Shown here: piece after piece, positions 27,481-37,417 of the stretch | Layout: each line of letters starts with the position of its first letter | Numbering within the stretch: position 1 is the first letter of the stretch | NCBI GenBank assembly: GCA_024644015.1 | Contig: JAHELV010000008.1 | Location: forward strand, 25,823-73,084 | Direction of reading: 5' to 3' | Length of the DNA stretch: 47,262 nucleotides | Origin: Nitriliruptorales bacterium | GTDB lineage: Bacteria > Actinomycetota > Nitriliruptoria > Euzebyales > JAHELV01 | The notes under the pieces: model-generated | Told to the model about the DNA's origin: nothing | Database searches by the model: none | The model's input: the letters and a program-made list of their open reading frames with translations, nothing else | Made by a program: the position numbers and the translations under genes

Positions 27481-30309
27481 TCAGGTGGCGCGCAGCGTGC
27501 CGGCCAGCAGCTGTGCCAGATGCAGCCCTCGGCGACCCGCCAGCTGCTCGGCCTGTACGCGGCACGAGAACCCGTCTGCGACGAACACTGCGTCGCCCGC
27601 CTCGGCGAGCGCGGGCAGCAGGCTGGTGCCCGCGACGGCCACCGACACCTCGTAGTGACCGCGCTCCATGCCGAAGTTGCCCGCCAGACCGCAACAGCCC
27701 GCGAGCACGTCGACGGACGCACCTGCGCGCTCGAGCAGCGCGCGGTCGGCGGCGAACCCGGTGACCGCGTGCTGGTGGCAGTGGGGTTGCGTGATGAGCG
27801 CCACGTCGTCCAGGCCTGCAGGCTGCCAGTCGTTGGGGGCGTCTTCGAGCGCCTCGGCCAGCGTGCGGGTGGCGGCGGCAACGCGTTCGGCCCGGGGATC
27901 GTCCGGCAGCAACTCGACCAGGTCCGAGCGCAGCACCGCGGTGCACGACGGCTCCAGACCGATGATCGGGATGCCATCGTCGGCAGCCGGGCCGAGCACG
28001 TCCAGCAGCCGCCGCAGCCGCCGGCGGGCGACGTCAAGCTGTCCGGTACTGATCCATGTCAGCGCGCAGCACGCCCGGGGTGGGACGACCGGGTCGTATC
28101 CGGCAGCTTCGAGCACTGCGACCGCCGCGGTGAAGATCTCGGGGGCGAACGCCTCGGTGAAGGTGTCGACCCACAGCACCACCGGCGTTGCCGGCGCGGT
28201 CACAGGGCGGTCCGGGCGCCGAGCCCACCAGCGTCGCAACGACCGTGTCGCGAACCTCGGAGCCCCACGGCGGGGGTCCAGGCCCCCGGCGCGCAGGGCC
28301 ACGCGCCGGGCCGCCGGGTGCCCGAGCACCGAATTGACCACGCGGGGCGCCAGCAAGGCCAGGCGTGCCCAGCGTGGCAACCAGCCGAGCGAGTAGTGCG
28401 AGCGCGGCCGCAGCCGTCGCCGGTAGGACTGGTACAGGACCTCTGCTTTGTAGGTCGCCATGTCCACGCCCGCTGGGCAGTCCGACCTGCAGGCCTTGCA
28501 CGACAGGCACAGATCGAGCGCTTCGTGGACCTCGGGCGAGCGCGGTCCGCGGTCGACCAACCTGCCGTTCGCCATCTCCTGCAACACCCTCGCGCGTCCA
28601 CGCGTCGAGTCCTTCTCGTCCCGCGTCGCGTGGAATGACGGACACATCACGCCACCCGACGCACCGGTGTCGGCGCGGCACTTTCCCAACCCCACGCAGC
28701 GGTGGACCGCCGTCGTCAGATCCCCGTCGTCGGCGGTCAGCGCGAAGCCGGACGCCGGCATCAGCCGAGCGGCGGGGCGACGCAGATCGGCATCGACGGG
28801 ACGCGGACGCACGACCACGCCGGGGTTCAGCAGGTCGTCGGGGTCGAAGCAGCGCTTGAACCCGGCGAATGCCGCCAGCGCGTCGGACGAGTACATCAGC
28901 GGCAGCAGCTCACTCCGCGCCCGACCGTCACCATGCTCTCCCGAGCACGACCCGCCGTGTCGCGCCACGAGCATCGCGGCGTCCCGCAGAAACGGGCGCA
29001 ACCGCTGCGGCTGATCGGCGAGCGGGAGATCCAGCCGCACGTGCACGCAGCCGTCGCCGAAATGCCCGTACGCCAGGCCGTCGACACCATGATCGCGCTC
29101 CAGCACCGCGAACTCGCGCAGGTAGTCCCCCAGCGCCGCCGGCGGCACGGCGGCATCCTCCCAGGCCGGCCACGCGGGCGCACCGCTGGGTGCCCGGCCC
29201 GACAGGCCGGCACCGTCCTCGCGGATGCGCCACAGCGCGGCGGCGCGTTCGCCTCCCGGAACCAGCGCGACATCGGACGTGTCGGCGGCGCGGGCCACGC
29301 GTCGGCCCCCAGTGGACGCCTCGGCAGCGGTCGCGCCTGCGGTCTCGACGAACAACCATCCGCCGCCGCGTGGGAGGTCGGCGGGTATCGCCGAGCGTCC
29401 TCGGTGCCGGCGGACGACGTCGACCAGCCGCCGATCGATGCCTTCGATGGCCACCGCGCCGAGACCCAGGAGCGCGGGCACCGCGTCGGCGGCCGAAGCC
29501 ATGTCCGGAAAGCCGAGCACGGTCAGCGCGGTGGCCGGCGCAGTCTCGACCAGGCGAACGGTCGCGCGCAGCACGACGACGCACGTGCCCTCTGTGCCGA
29601 CCAGCGCCCGCGCCAGACTGCCCGGCCGCTCGTCACGGTCGAGCAGGTGTTCCAGCCCGTAGCCCGAGACCTGCCGCGGGAACCTCCCCAGTTCGGTGCG
29701 GATGGTCTTGAAGTGCGCGGCGACCAGCGCGTCGAGACCGTCGATGCCCGACTGGCCGGATCCGGCGGTGAACCGCCGTCCCGTACCGTCGACGACGTCG
29801 AGCTCCAGGACATTGTCGGCGGTGCGGCCGTACGCGATGGTGTGCGCTCCACACGCGTTGTTGCCGATCATGCCGCCGAGCGTGCAGCGCGCGTGGGTCG
29901 ACGGGTCCGGTCCGAACCGCAGGCCATGGGGTTTCGCCGCGTCCTGCACGCGGTCGAGGACGACGCCGGGGTCCACGACCGCGGTACGCGCCCGAGGGTC
30001 GATCTGGTGGATGCGGTCCAGATGCCGCGAGAGGTCCAGCACCACGCCGGCACCGACCGCGTTGCCGGCGACCGACGTGCCGCCACCTCGGACGGTCACC
30101 GGTGTCTCGCTGGCCCTGCAGACGTCGACAGTCGCCAGGACATCGTCGATGTCGCGCGGGAACACGACGACGGCGGGCACGACCCGGTAGTTCGACGCGT
30201 CGCTGGAGTACTCCGCACGCCGCCGCACCGAGGTGTCGACCTGCCCCGCGACGGCGTTGCGCAGCCGTGCCGCGACGGCAGCGACAGCGGCCTGGGGCAA
30301 CGGTGTCAT
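27481..30309 (-). CDS. FAD-linked oxidoreductase with 4Fe-4S and CCG domains (GlcD/GlcF-like fusion)
   Basis: RGGGTS, GPDPST, GGMIGNNACG, GTEGT, GHFGDGCVH, SGEHGDG, CVGLGKC, CLSCKACRSDCP, CCGLAGNFG, DGFSCR. Confidence 0.92.
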   Translation of the reverse strand: MTPLPQAAVAAVAARLRNAVAGQVDTSVRRRAEYSSDASNYRVVPAVVVFPRDIDDVLATVDVCRASETPVTVRGGGTSVAGNAVGAGVVLDLSRHLDRIHQIDPRARTAVVDPGVVLDRVQDAAKPHGLRFGPDPSTHARCTLGGMIGNNACGAHTIAYGRTADNVLELDVVDGTGRRFTAGSGQSGIDGLDALVAAHFKTIRTELGRFPRQVSGYGLEHLLDRDERPGSLARALVGTEGTCVVVLRATVRLVETAPATALTVLGFPDMASAADAVPALLGLGAVAIEGIDRRLVDVVRRHRGRSAIPADLPRGGGWLFVETAGATAAEASTGGRRVARAADTSDVALVPGGERAAALWRIREDGAGLSGRAPSGAPAWPAWEDAAVPPAALGDYLREFAVLERDHGVDGLAYGHFGDGCVHVRLDLPLADQPQRLRPFLRDAAMLVARHGGSCSGEHGDGRARSELLPLMYSSDALAAFAGFKRCFDPDDLLNPGVVVRPRPVDADLRRPAARLMPASGFALTADDGDLTTAVHRCVGLGKCRADTGASGGVMCPSFHATRDEKDSTRGRARVLQEMANGRLVDRGPRSPEVHEALDLCLSCKACRSDCPAGVDMATYKAEVLYQSYRRRLRPRSHYSLGWLPRWARLALLAPRVVNSVLGHPAARRVALRAGGLDPRRGAPRFATRSLRRWWARRPDRPVTAPATPVVLWVDTFTEAFAPEIFTAAVAVLEAAGYDPVVPPRACCALTWISTGQLDVARRRLRRLLDVLGPAADDGIPIIGLEPSCTAVLRSDLVELLPDDPRAERVAAATRTLAEALEDAPNDWQPAGLDDVALITQPHCHQHAVTGFAADRALLERAGASVDVLAGCCGLAGNFGMERGHYEVSVAVAGTSLLPALAEAGDAVFVADGFSCRVQAEQLAGRRGLHLAQLLAGTLRAT

Positions 30310-30391
30310 CGGCGTACGGTAGGCCGCGCCGGACGCTGGCACCAGCAGCGCAGCCGTCGGTTGCGGCTCGTCACGCGGACCTTGGAGACGG

Positions 30392-32497
30392 TCAGCTCTG
30401 GGGCGTCGTCAGCGCCACGGACAGCAGCGTGCCGTCACGGCCTCCCACGTAGAGCGTGTCCCCGTCGACCGCCAGCGCCGATGGTCTGGTCGCCTTGATG
30501 TCGACCGGACGGGCGACGGAGCCGGTGGCCAGCGACAGCGTGGCGATGGCGCCGTCCCGGTCGACCACGACCAGGCGGTCACCAGTGACAGCCGACTGGC
30601 GCCACGCCCCTGCGCGGGACCACGAGCGCTCACCGGTCGTCGTGTCGATCGCGGTCGCCGCCGAGCGCGTCACGACGAACAGACGGCCGTTTGTGACATG
30701 GATCGTCGGCTCGGCCCGCTCGACGCCACGGACGGGTACGCACCACAGCGCTTCACCATCGGTGTGCCTGCGCAGGCACACGGTACCCGCGCGGTTCGCC
30801 ACGACCACGCCGTCCTCGGTCGCGCGCAACGACGACGTCCACATCTTCTCGCCGACTTCGTGTCTCCACAGGCACAGCGGCTCACCGGCAGCTTCGGTGG
30901 CGGTGATCAGCGGCGTGTCCTCACCTGCCATCGCACCCTCGGGCAGGATGCCGTACATCGCCGAGCCGTCCGCCAGGTAGACGAAGTCGTCGCGGGCGGC
31001 AACCGCAGCGTCCGCCGGAAACGCCACCTCGTCCTTCGGAAACTCCCACAGCCGCTCACCGGACGCGGCGTCGGTGGCCACCAGGCGCGGGATCTCACCG
31101 TCACCCACGGCATAGACGGTGTCGCCCCCGACAGTCGCCGACGTCGTGTCGATCGGCGCCTGCCACATGACCGAGCCGTCGGCGATGCTGACCGCGCGCA
31201 GGCTGCCGGCCCCGGGCGTCACGAACCGGCCACCCGTCACTACCGCTCCCGGAGGTCCCGCGGCGGACACCTCGGTGCGCACGTCGCCGGTCGCCGTGTC
31301 GACGAGGACGGCACCGGTCCTGGTCACGGCGACCAGCCCCTCCGCCGTCACGTGCAGGGCGATCGCACGGGACTCAAGCCGCTGCTCCCACCGGACTGAG
31401 GGGTCGTTGGCCTCTCCTGCGGGCAGCGTCTGCGCTGCCGACGGGCCCGCCTGCGAGGCCACGGTCTCGGACCCGTCCAGCGCCGCCGGGCTTCGGACCA
31501 GCCACAGCGTGGTCAGCACAGCCACGATCGCTGCCGCGCCGATCGCGACACGCGCCAACGGCCGGGTGCGCGGTGGCGGGTTGACCACGCCGGCGGGCAG
31601 TGGCGCGGGGCGGTGCGCGCTGTCGGCGGCGCGCAGCACACCGACCGGGGCAACTGACTGCGAGCCGGCCGCGGACCGCGAGCGCGCCAACTCGGACATG
31701 AACTGCTCGCACGTCTCGTAGCGTTCGTCGGGCACCTTCGCCAGCCCGCGGGCGAACACGCGGGTCAACGCGGCAGCCTCGTCGGGGTCCGGCGTGACGA
31801 CGGCGGGCGGACGTCCGAACAGGTGCGCGCCGAACAGCGCCGACAACCGTTCCCGTTCGAAGATCGGCCGGCCGGTCACCGCGTGGAACAGGGCGGCGGC
31901 GAGTGCGTACTGGTCGCTGCGATTGGTCGGGGATCCGCCACGAAGCAGCTCCGGCGCGACATACAGGAAGTCGTCGATACAGCGGCCGTCATCGCCACCG
32001 GCCGCCACGATGGACAACAGGTGGTGCAGTCCGAAGCCGGTGAGCAGCGCGCGCGGCGAACCGGACTGAGAACCGACACCCTCGATCCAGATGGTGCCCG
32101 GATGCAGCGCGCCGTGTGGCGTGCCGGCGTCTGCGGCCGCGTCGAGCGCGGAAGCCAACGGGGCCAGCAGCTCGATCGCCTCGGCGGTGCCCATGCCGCC
32201 ACGCACGTGCTCAGCCCAGGCAACTGCCGGCGCGTAGCGCTCGATCACGTACGGCTGCTCGACGTCGCCCACGCTGTACGCCCGCAGTATGTTGCGGTGG
32301 GTCAGCTCCGCGGCGGCACGTGCCTCCGCGAGGTACGGCTCGATGGCCGGTGCGAGCTGTGCGGCCCGGGATGGGTCGATGATCCGGACGGTCGCCCGCT
32401 GGGTCGCCCGGTCGACGTGCCGTGCGTGCCACATCTCACTGACAGCATCGGCAAAGACCCGCGCCTCGAGCACATGATCTGCGTAGATCTGGCTCAT
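30392..32497 (-). CDS. Membrane-anchored Hanks-type kinase-like protein (probable pseudokinase) with PQQ-like beta-propeller
   Basis: EARAAAELTHRNI, YVAPE, SDQYALA, GRPIF, LAKVPDERY; TM helix; repeated A.D..TG...W motifs. Confidence 0.85.
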   Translation of the reverse strand: MSQIYADHVLEARVFADAVSEMWHARHVDRATQRATVRIIDPSRAAQLAPAIEPYLAEARAAAELTHRNILRAYSVGDVEQPYVIERYAPAVAWAEHVRGGMGTAEAIELLAPLASALDAAADAGTPHGALHPGTIWIEGVGSQSGSPRALLTGFGLHHLLSIVAAGGDDGRCIDDFLYVAPELLRGGSPTNRSDQYALAAALFHAVTGRPIFERERLSALFGAHLFGRPPAVVTPDPDEAAALTRVFARGLAKVPDERYETCEQFMSELARSRSAAGSQSVAPVGVLRAADSAHRPAPLPAGVVNPPPRTRPLARVAIGAAAIVAVLTTLWLVRSPAALDGSETVASQAGPSAAQTLPAGEANDPSVRWEQRLESRAIALHVTAEGLVAVTRTGAVLVDTATGDVRTEVSAAGPPGAVVTGGRFVTPGAGSLRAVSIADGSVMWQAPIDTTSATVGGDTVYAVGDGEIPRLVATDAASGERLWEFPKDEVAFPADAAVAARDDFVYLADGSAMYGILPEGAMAGEDTPLITATEAAGEPLCLWRHEVGEKMWTSSLRATEDGVVVANRAGTVCLRRHTDGEALWCVPVRGVERAEPTIHVTNGRLFVVTRSAATAIDTTTGERSWSRAGAWRQSAVTGDRLVVVDRDGAIATLSLATGSVARPVDIKATRPSALAVDGDTLYVGGRDGTLLSVALTTPQS

Positions 32498-32692
32498 CCG
32501 AAACTGTCACCCCGACGACGACGTCTGCCTCCCGGACGCGCCGACGCGATGGACGACCGCCTCCCGACCGGATCGACGATAGCAGGCGTGTGCGCTCAGC
32601 GCGCACACTGCCAGCACGGGGCCAGCGCGGCAGCCGGCGGTGCGGATAGGACACGACCCCGCCGGTTGACCGGACCGTGGTCCGGCTGCGGC

Positions 32693-33421
32693 TCAGTCGC
32701 CGTTGCCCTCAGCGTCGTCTTCCCACAGGTTGCGCGTACGGGCCGCATCGATGCGGATCGCGGGTCCCTGCGTGGTCGATACGGTGATCGAGCGGAGATA
32801 CCGGCCTTTGGCGGCTGCGGGCCGCTGCCGTACGAGCTCCTCGAGCACCGCCGCGTAGTTGTCGACCAGCTGACGCGGCTGAAACGAGCCTTTGCCGACG
32901 ACGAGGTGCACGTTGCCTTGGCGGTCGGTCCGGTACTCGATCTTGCCGGCCTTGATCTCACGTACCGCGCTGCCGACATCGGTCGTCACCGTTCCCGACT
33001 TCGGGTTCGGCATCAGACCGCGTGGGCCCAGGACCTTGCCGTAGCGGCCGATCTTGCCCATCTGATCCGGCGTCGCGATGACCGCGTCGAAGCCGAGATC
33101 GCCGGCCTCGATCATCTCGATGATCGTCTCGCTGCCGACGATGTCAGCGCCCGCCTCCTCCGCTTCGGTCGCGGCGGCGCCCTCAGCGAAGACCGCGACG
33201 CGCACGGTCTTACCGGTGCCATGCGGCAGGCTCACCGACCCGCGAACCATTTGATCCGCTTTTCGCGGGTCGACGCCCAGCCGCACCGCCACGTCGACGG
33301 TTGGATCGAACGTGGTCGTGACCGTATCGGAGATCAGGCGCATCGCAGCGGCCGGACTGTACATCCGATCCCGCTCGATCTTGCCCGCCGCCTCACGGTA
33401 CTTCTTGCCTCGCTTCGCCAT
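32693..33421 (-). CDS. rplA: 50S ribosomal protein L1
   Basis: [40 protein letters not shown]. Confidence 0.98.
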   Translation of the reverse strand: MAKRGKKYREAAGKIERDRMYSPAAAMRLISDTVTTTFDPTVDVAVRLGVDPRKADQMVRGSVSLPHGTGKTVRVAVFAEGAAATEAEEAGADIVGSETIIEMIEAGDLGFDAVIATPDQMGKIGRYGKVLGPRGLMPNPKSGTVTTDVGSAVREIKAGKIEYRTDRQGNVHLVVGKGSFQPRQLVDNYAAVLEELVRQRPAAAKGRYLRSITVSTTQGPAIRIDAARTRNLWEDDAEGNGD

Positions 33422-33433
33422 TGCGCTTCCTCG

Positions 33434-33465
33434 CGTGGTGCAGACGGCCGTCGCGGCCTCCCACG
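33434..33465 (-). promoter_or_regulatory. Putative L1-binding leader in rplK-rplA spacer
   Basis: Minus strand CGTGG-GA-GGCCG-CGA-CGGCC-GTCTGCA-CCACG stem with asymmetric loop just before the rplA RBS. Confidence 0.55.
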
Positions 33466-33477
33466 TTGGTGGTGCGG

Positions 33478-33900
33478 CTATTCGACCCGCAGGCCCATGG
33501 ACCGCGCGGTCCCTTCGATGATCTTCACGGCGCCGTCGATGTCGATCGCGTTGAGGTCCGTCATCTTGCGCTCGGCGATCTGCTTCACCGCGGCGCGCGA
33601 CACCGTACCGACCTTCGTCCGGTTCGGCTCGCCCGACCCCTTCTCGACGTTCGCCGCCTTCAACAGCAGGCTCGCCGCCGGCGGTGTCTTCGTGACGAAG
33701 GTGAACGAGCGGTCTTCGAAGACCGTTATCTCGACCGGCACGACGTCGCCGGACTGCGTCTGCGTCCGCTCGTTGAACGCTTTGCAGAACTCCATGATGT
33801 TGACGCCGTGCTGGCCGAGGTTGTTCCCGACCGGCGGCGCTGGTGTGGCCTGACCCGCTGGAATCTGCAGCTTGAGCTTGGCCAACAGCTTCTTTGCCAT
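33478..33900 (-). CDS. rplK: 50S ribosomal protein L11
   Basis: [32 protein letters not shown]...GTARSMG; ATG at 33900. Confidence 0.97.
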   Translation of the reverse strand: MAKKLLAKLKLQIPAGQATPAPPVGNNLGQHGVNIMEFCKAFNERTQTQSGDVVPVEITVFEDRSFTFVTKTPPAASLLLKAANVEKGSGEPNRTKVGTVSRAAVKQIAERKMTDLNAIDIDGAVKIIEGTARSMGLRVE

Positions 33901-33952
33901 ACGTGTTGTCCTTGCGACTCGCGCGCGTGGATATGCGGTTCGCCGACCGCTG

Positions 33953-34996
33953 TCAGAGCTTGGCGACCTGATCAAAGCCGAGCTCGACCGGCGTCTCGCG
34001 GCCGAAGATCGAGACCAGCACCTTGAGCTTGCTGGCGTCGGCGTTGATCTCGCTGATCGTCCCGGTGAAGTCCGCGAACGGACCCGAGGTGACCCGGACG
34101 TTCTCATTGACCTCGTACTCGACGCTCGTCACGACCGCGGCCTCGCCCTCCTCGGGCTCGGCGAGGATCGCCTCGACCTCGCGGTAGGACAACGGCACCG
34201 GGCGCGCGCCGGGCGGCCCGACGAACCCGGTCACCGCGGGGGTGTTGCGCACCACGTACCACGAGTCGTCATCGAGGTCCATGCGCACGAGCACGTATCC
34301 GGGGAAGACCTTGCGCTTGACGTTCTGCTTCTTGCCGCCCTTGATCTCGACGGCATCCTCGGTGGGAATGATGACCTCGAAGATCTGGTCCTCCATGTTC
34401 ATGGAGGTGATGCGGTTCTCGAGGTTCGCCTTGACCCGCTGCTCATAGCCCGAGTAGGTGTGCACGACGTAGTAGTCGCCCGGTAGCCGGCGGAAGTCGG
34501 CGCGCAACGAGGCGGTCGCCGCGCTCTCCTCAGCCGCTTCGTCGGACGGCGGCGCCGCACCGTCGGAAACCGGGTCCGCGACGGCCTCGTCGGCCTCGTC
34601 GGCGCCCTCGGACTCGTCGCTGCCGTCGTCCGTGGGCGCGTCGTCGCCGTCGTCCGTGGGCGCGTCGTCGCCGGCGGGGCGCTGCTCGGCGCCGTCGGCT
34701 CCGGCGACCGACAGCAGATCGTCGAGGTCGTCCGGCTCGGCGGTCGGAGAGGTGAACGTTGAATCGGCGGCCGCGTGCGCCTCCGGCGACTCGGTCGCCT
34801 CGGCGAGCACCTCCGCGACGCGGGCATCCTGATCCGGCGACGCCTCGCTGTAGTCGACGGGAGCGTCCGCCTCACCGCCACGGCGCGCGTCGGCCACCAC
34901 GTCATCGTCGGCGGTGCGGTCGAGCTCAGCGGCGTCGGCGGCCACACCGGGAGCAGGATCGATCAACTCGGCCTCGGTCCGGGGGGCGTCGCTCAT
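33953..34996 (-). CDS. nusG: Transcription factor NusG with long acidic N-terminal extension
   Basis: [49 protein letters not shown]; 24-bp duplication at 34622-34673. Confidence 0.96.
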   Translation of the reverse strand: MSDAPRTEAELIDPAPGVAADAAELDRTADDDVVADARRGGEADAPVDYSEASPDQDARVAEVLAEATESPEAHAAADSTFTSPTAEPDDLDDLLSVAGADGAEQRPAGDDAPTDDGDDAPTDDGSDESEGADEADEAVADPVSDGAAPPSDEAAEESAATASLRADFRRLPGDYYVVHTYSGYEQRVKANLENRITSMNMEDQIFEVIIPTEDAVEIKGGKKQNVKRKVFPGYVLVRMDLDDDSWYVVRNTPAVTGFVGPPGARPVPLSYREVEAILAEPEEGEAAVVTSVEYEVNENVRVTSGPFADFTGTISEINADASKLKVLVSIFGRETPVELGFDQVAKL

Positions 34997-35247
34997 CCGA
35001 ACACCCGCAGAACCAGCTGCCCGAACAGCTGGTCGACCAGCGCGATGTACAGGGTGACCAGGCTGACCGCGACCAGTACGACCAAGCTGTAGGAGGCCAC
35101 CTCGCGGCGCGACGGCCAGTTGACCCTCCGCAGCTCCAGACGCACCTCGCGCAGGAACTGCATGATCGAGGTTCGCTGACGACGAGGCGGCGACGACGCG
35201 TCCATGCGACGTTGCTCACCTTTCGTCTCGGCACTCTTGGCTTGCAT
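34993..35247 (-). CDS. secE: Preprotein translocase subunit SecE
   Basis: [19 protein letters not shown] plus TM helix; between tRNA-Trp and nusG; start uncertain. Confidence 0.92.
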   Translation of the reverse strand: MQAKSAETKGEQRRMDASSPPRRQRTSIMQFLREVRLELRRVNWPSRREVASYSLVVLVAVSLVTLYIALVDQLFGQLVLRVFG

Positions 35248-35311
35248 GTGGTTCTCGTGTCCGTTCTTCGGGCGACCTGCCGGGCCCGGCCCGTACGGGC
35301 GGGTTTGCGTC

Positions 35312-35387
35312 TGGCAGGGGCGGAGGGACTCGAACCCCCGACCTTCGGTTTTGGAGACCGACGCTCTGCCAGTTGAGCTACGCCCCT
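35312..35387 (-). tRNA. tRNA-Trp (CCA)
   Basis: AGGGGCGTAGCTCAACTGGCAGAGCGTCGGTCTCCAAAACCGAAGGTCGGGGGTTCGAGTCCCTCCGCCCCTGCCA. Confidence 0.97.
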
Positions 35388-35555
35388 GTGCGACACCTCA
35401 CTGCCGGAGAATGCCCGGGTCGGGGTATCAAAGAACGCTCCCAGTCAAGAGGGCAGCGCTGCCCGGCAAGTCTAGCCCTCACGCGATCGGACTGACAACC
35501 GGCGCCCCCGGACCGACGATTGCCAGTCGGGCGCCAAGGTTTGCCCGCGGCGTCG

Positions 35556-35963
35556 TCAACGCGTGACGACGGCGCGCGATGTGCGCTGGTCGATCACCTT
35601 CGAGCCGTCGTCGAGGCGCGCCCAGATGGCAAGCGTCGCCGTGTCATCGTCGCCGATCGCAGTCACCTCGCCTCCCACGGTCACGCTCGCGCCGACCGGG
35701 CAGGCCGCACGGAACTGGCACGACATGCTGCGCACGCGGCCGGCGTCACCGAGCCAGTCGGTCAGCAGCGCTGACAGCAGGCCCATGCTGAGCATGCCGT
35801 GCGCGATCACGCCACCGGTCGGGCTGAACGACTCGGCGAACTGTTGGTCCCAGTGCAACGGGTTGACGTCCCCGCTGACACCGGCGTACCGGATCAGCGC
35901 GGCCTGATCGAGGCTGACGGACCGCTCCGGCAAGCGGTCGCCGAGCTGCAGCTCGGCGCTCAC
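35556..35963 (-). CDS. MaoC-like dehydratase (HadB-like)
   Basis: YAGVSGDVNPLHWD...IAHGMLSMG hydratase motif; GTGA overlap with upstream gene. Confidence 0.88.
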   Translation of the reverse strand: MSAELQLGDRLPERSVSLDQAALIRYAGVSGDVNPLHWDQQFAESFSPTGGVIAHGMLSMGLLSALLTDWLGDAGRVRSMSCQFRAACPVGASVTVGGEVTAIGDDDTATLAIWARLDDGSKVIDQRTSRAVVTR

Positions 35964-36400
35964 GACGCTTCCGGCACGAAGGCCAGCCGGGAGCGGCTCG
36001 TGACCACGGCGGCGCCGTCGGGGCGGTTGCACTCGACTTCGATCGTCAACAGCTCCAGCCCCCGAAGGGATCGCAGATCGGTGATGGTCGGTGTGCAGAT
36101 CAACACGTCACCGACCCGGACCGGTGACTGGAACGTGAACTCTTGACCACCGTGCATCACGCGGTCGTGCGCACCGAGCTGCGGGTCGGACATGATCCGG
36201 CTCCACGCCTGCGCCCCCGCGATGCATGCGACGAATGCGGGTGGTACCGCCAGCCCGTCGCCGACGCTGTCGGGCGCGTCGTTGCGGTAGCGCTCGTCGG
36301 TGACGCCAGTGACCGCCGCGTACGACCGCACATGCTCACGTCCGACCTCGAAGCGGTACGCCGCATACCGATGGCCGACGCGATCCTGGTTCAGTGGCAT
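35960..36400 (-). CDS. MaoC dehydratase N-terminal-type protein (HadA-like)
   Basis: FEVGREHVRSYA, VPPAF, MHGGQEFTFQSPVRVGDVL; typical position next to rpmG/tRNA-Trp. Confidence 0.85.
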   Translation of the reverse strand: MPLNQDRVGHRYAAYRFEVGREHVRSYAAVTGVTDERYRNDAPDSVGDGLAVPPAFVACIAGAQAWSRIMSDPQLGAHDRVMHGGQEFTFQSPVRVGDVLICTPTITDLRSLRGLELLTIEVECNRPDGAAVVTSRSRLAFVPEAS

Positions 36401-36408
36401 GCCAGAGG

Positions 36409-36927
36409 CTAGGCGCGCGCCGACCGCGGCCCGAGGACCATCGTGATGAAGCGACCCTCCATCGGCGAACGGGTTTCGACCTGAGCGACTTCGGCGAGCT
36501 CGTCGCTGAAGCGGTCGAGCAGCTTGATGCCCATCTCGGGACGACGCAGCTCGCGGCGGCGGAACATGATCTGCACGCGCACCGAGTGGCCCTCCTCGAG
36601 GAACTTGCGAGCCTGGCGCACCTTGGTGTCGAAATCGTGGTCGTCGATCTTCGGCCGCAGCCGGATCGCCTTCTGCCCCCCACCACGCTGCTGCTTGCGC
36701 GCCTCCCGCTCGGCGCGTTCCTGCTCGTAGAGGTGCTTGCCGTAGTCCATCACTTTGGCGACGGGGGGGCTGGCATTGGGTGCAACCTCGACGAGATCGA
36801 GTTCGAGCGCCTTGGCCGCGTCGATCGCGATCTTGAGGGGCACGATGCCGACCTGCTTGCCCTCCGGGCCGATGAGCCGCACCTCCTTGGCGCGGATCTC
36901 CGTGTTGGTGGCGAGTCGTTCAGCCAA
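36409..36927 (-). CDS. infC: Translation initiation factor IF-3 (divergent, atypical locus)
   Basis: EIRAKEVRLIGPEG, LDLVEVAPNASPPVAKVMDYGK, RPKIDDHD, FLEEGH, EGR..TMVLGP; TTG start after AGGAGG. Confidence 0.92.
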   Translation of the reverse strand: MAERLATNTEIRAKEVRLIGPEGKQVGIVPLKIAIDAAKALELDLVEVAPNASPPVAKVMDYGKHLYEQERAEREARKQQRGGGQKAIRLRPKIDDHDFDTKVRQARKFLEEGHSVRVQIMFRRRELRRPEMGIKLLDRFSDELAEVAQVETRSPMEGRFITMVLGPRSARA

Positions 36928-37089
36928 AGATCCTCCTGGTGCCTACCGTTGCTGGTGAGTGTTCCGCGCACGATTGTGCAGGGTCGCAAAGGCCCCGCCA
37001 AGACCCAGATGGGGTTGCGGGGCGTTGCTGAGGGTGGTCGAGCGCCGGTGCGCTCAGAGCATGAGACCTACCGCCGCGGTTGCCTGACG

Positions 37090-37254
37090 TCACCGCGTTT
37101 CGCGGTGAGCCTGGTGCTGGTTGCAGCGGGAGCAGTACTTGCGCAGCTCGAGGCGCTCGCGCTGCGTGTGGCGGTTCTTGGTGGTGATGTAGTTCCGCTC
37201 CTTGCACACCGTGCAGGCCAGTGTGACCTTGGGGCGGGTGTCGCTCTTGGGCAT
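37090..37254 (-). CDS. rpmG: 50S ribosomal protein L33 (Zn-ribbon form)
   Basis: [17 protein letters not shown]...[11 protein letters not shown]...HRETR. Confidence 0.96.
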   Translation of the reverse strand: MPKSDTRPKVTLACTVCKERNYITTKNRHTQRERLELRKYCSRCNQHQAHRETR

Positions 37255-37417
37255 GGCTCTCTTTCGATGGGCCCGCGCCACCAGACAGCGGCGCACGTAC
37301 AAAGGTGGACCCGACGGTCGTCAGGACGGCAAGCCTAACCGCGACCGCGCGAACCCGCACAACCGCTGGGCCGCCATGCTCCCTCAACCCCGGGGGCGGG
37401 CAGCCGACCTTGGCCTC

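Noticed and set aside
33901-34107. N-terminal extension of L11 (209-aa ORF)
   Set aside because: Overlaps nusG; canonical MAKK start is at 33900
36968-37030. c-di-GMP-I riboswitch-like GGGTCGCAAAG...GCGGGGCGTTGC
   Set aside because: Lacks the GGCAAA and GNRA-capped P2 elements, and lies antisense to the adjacent rpmG/infC genes
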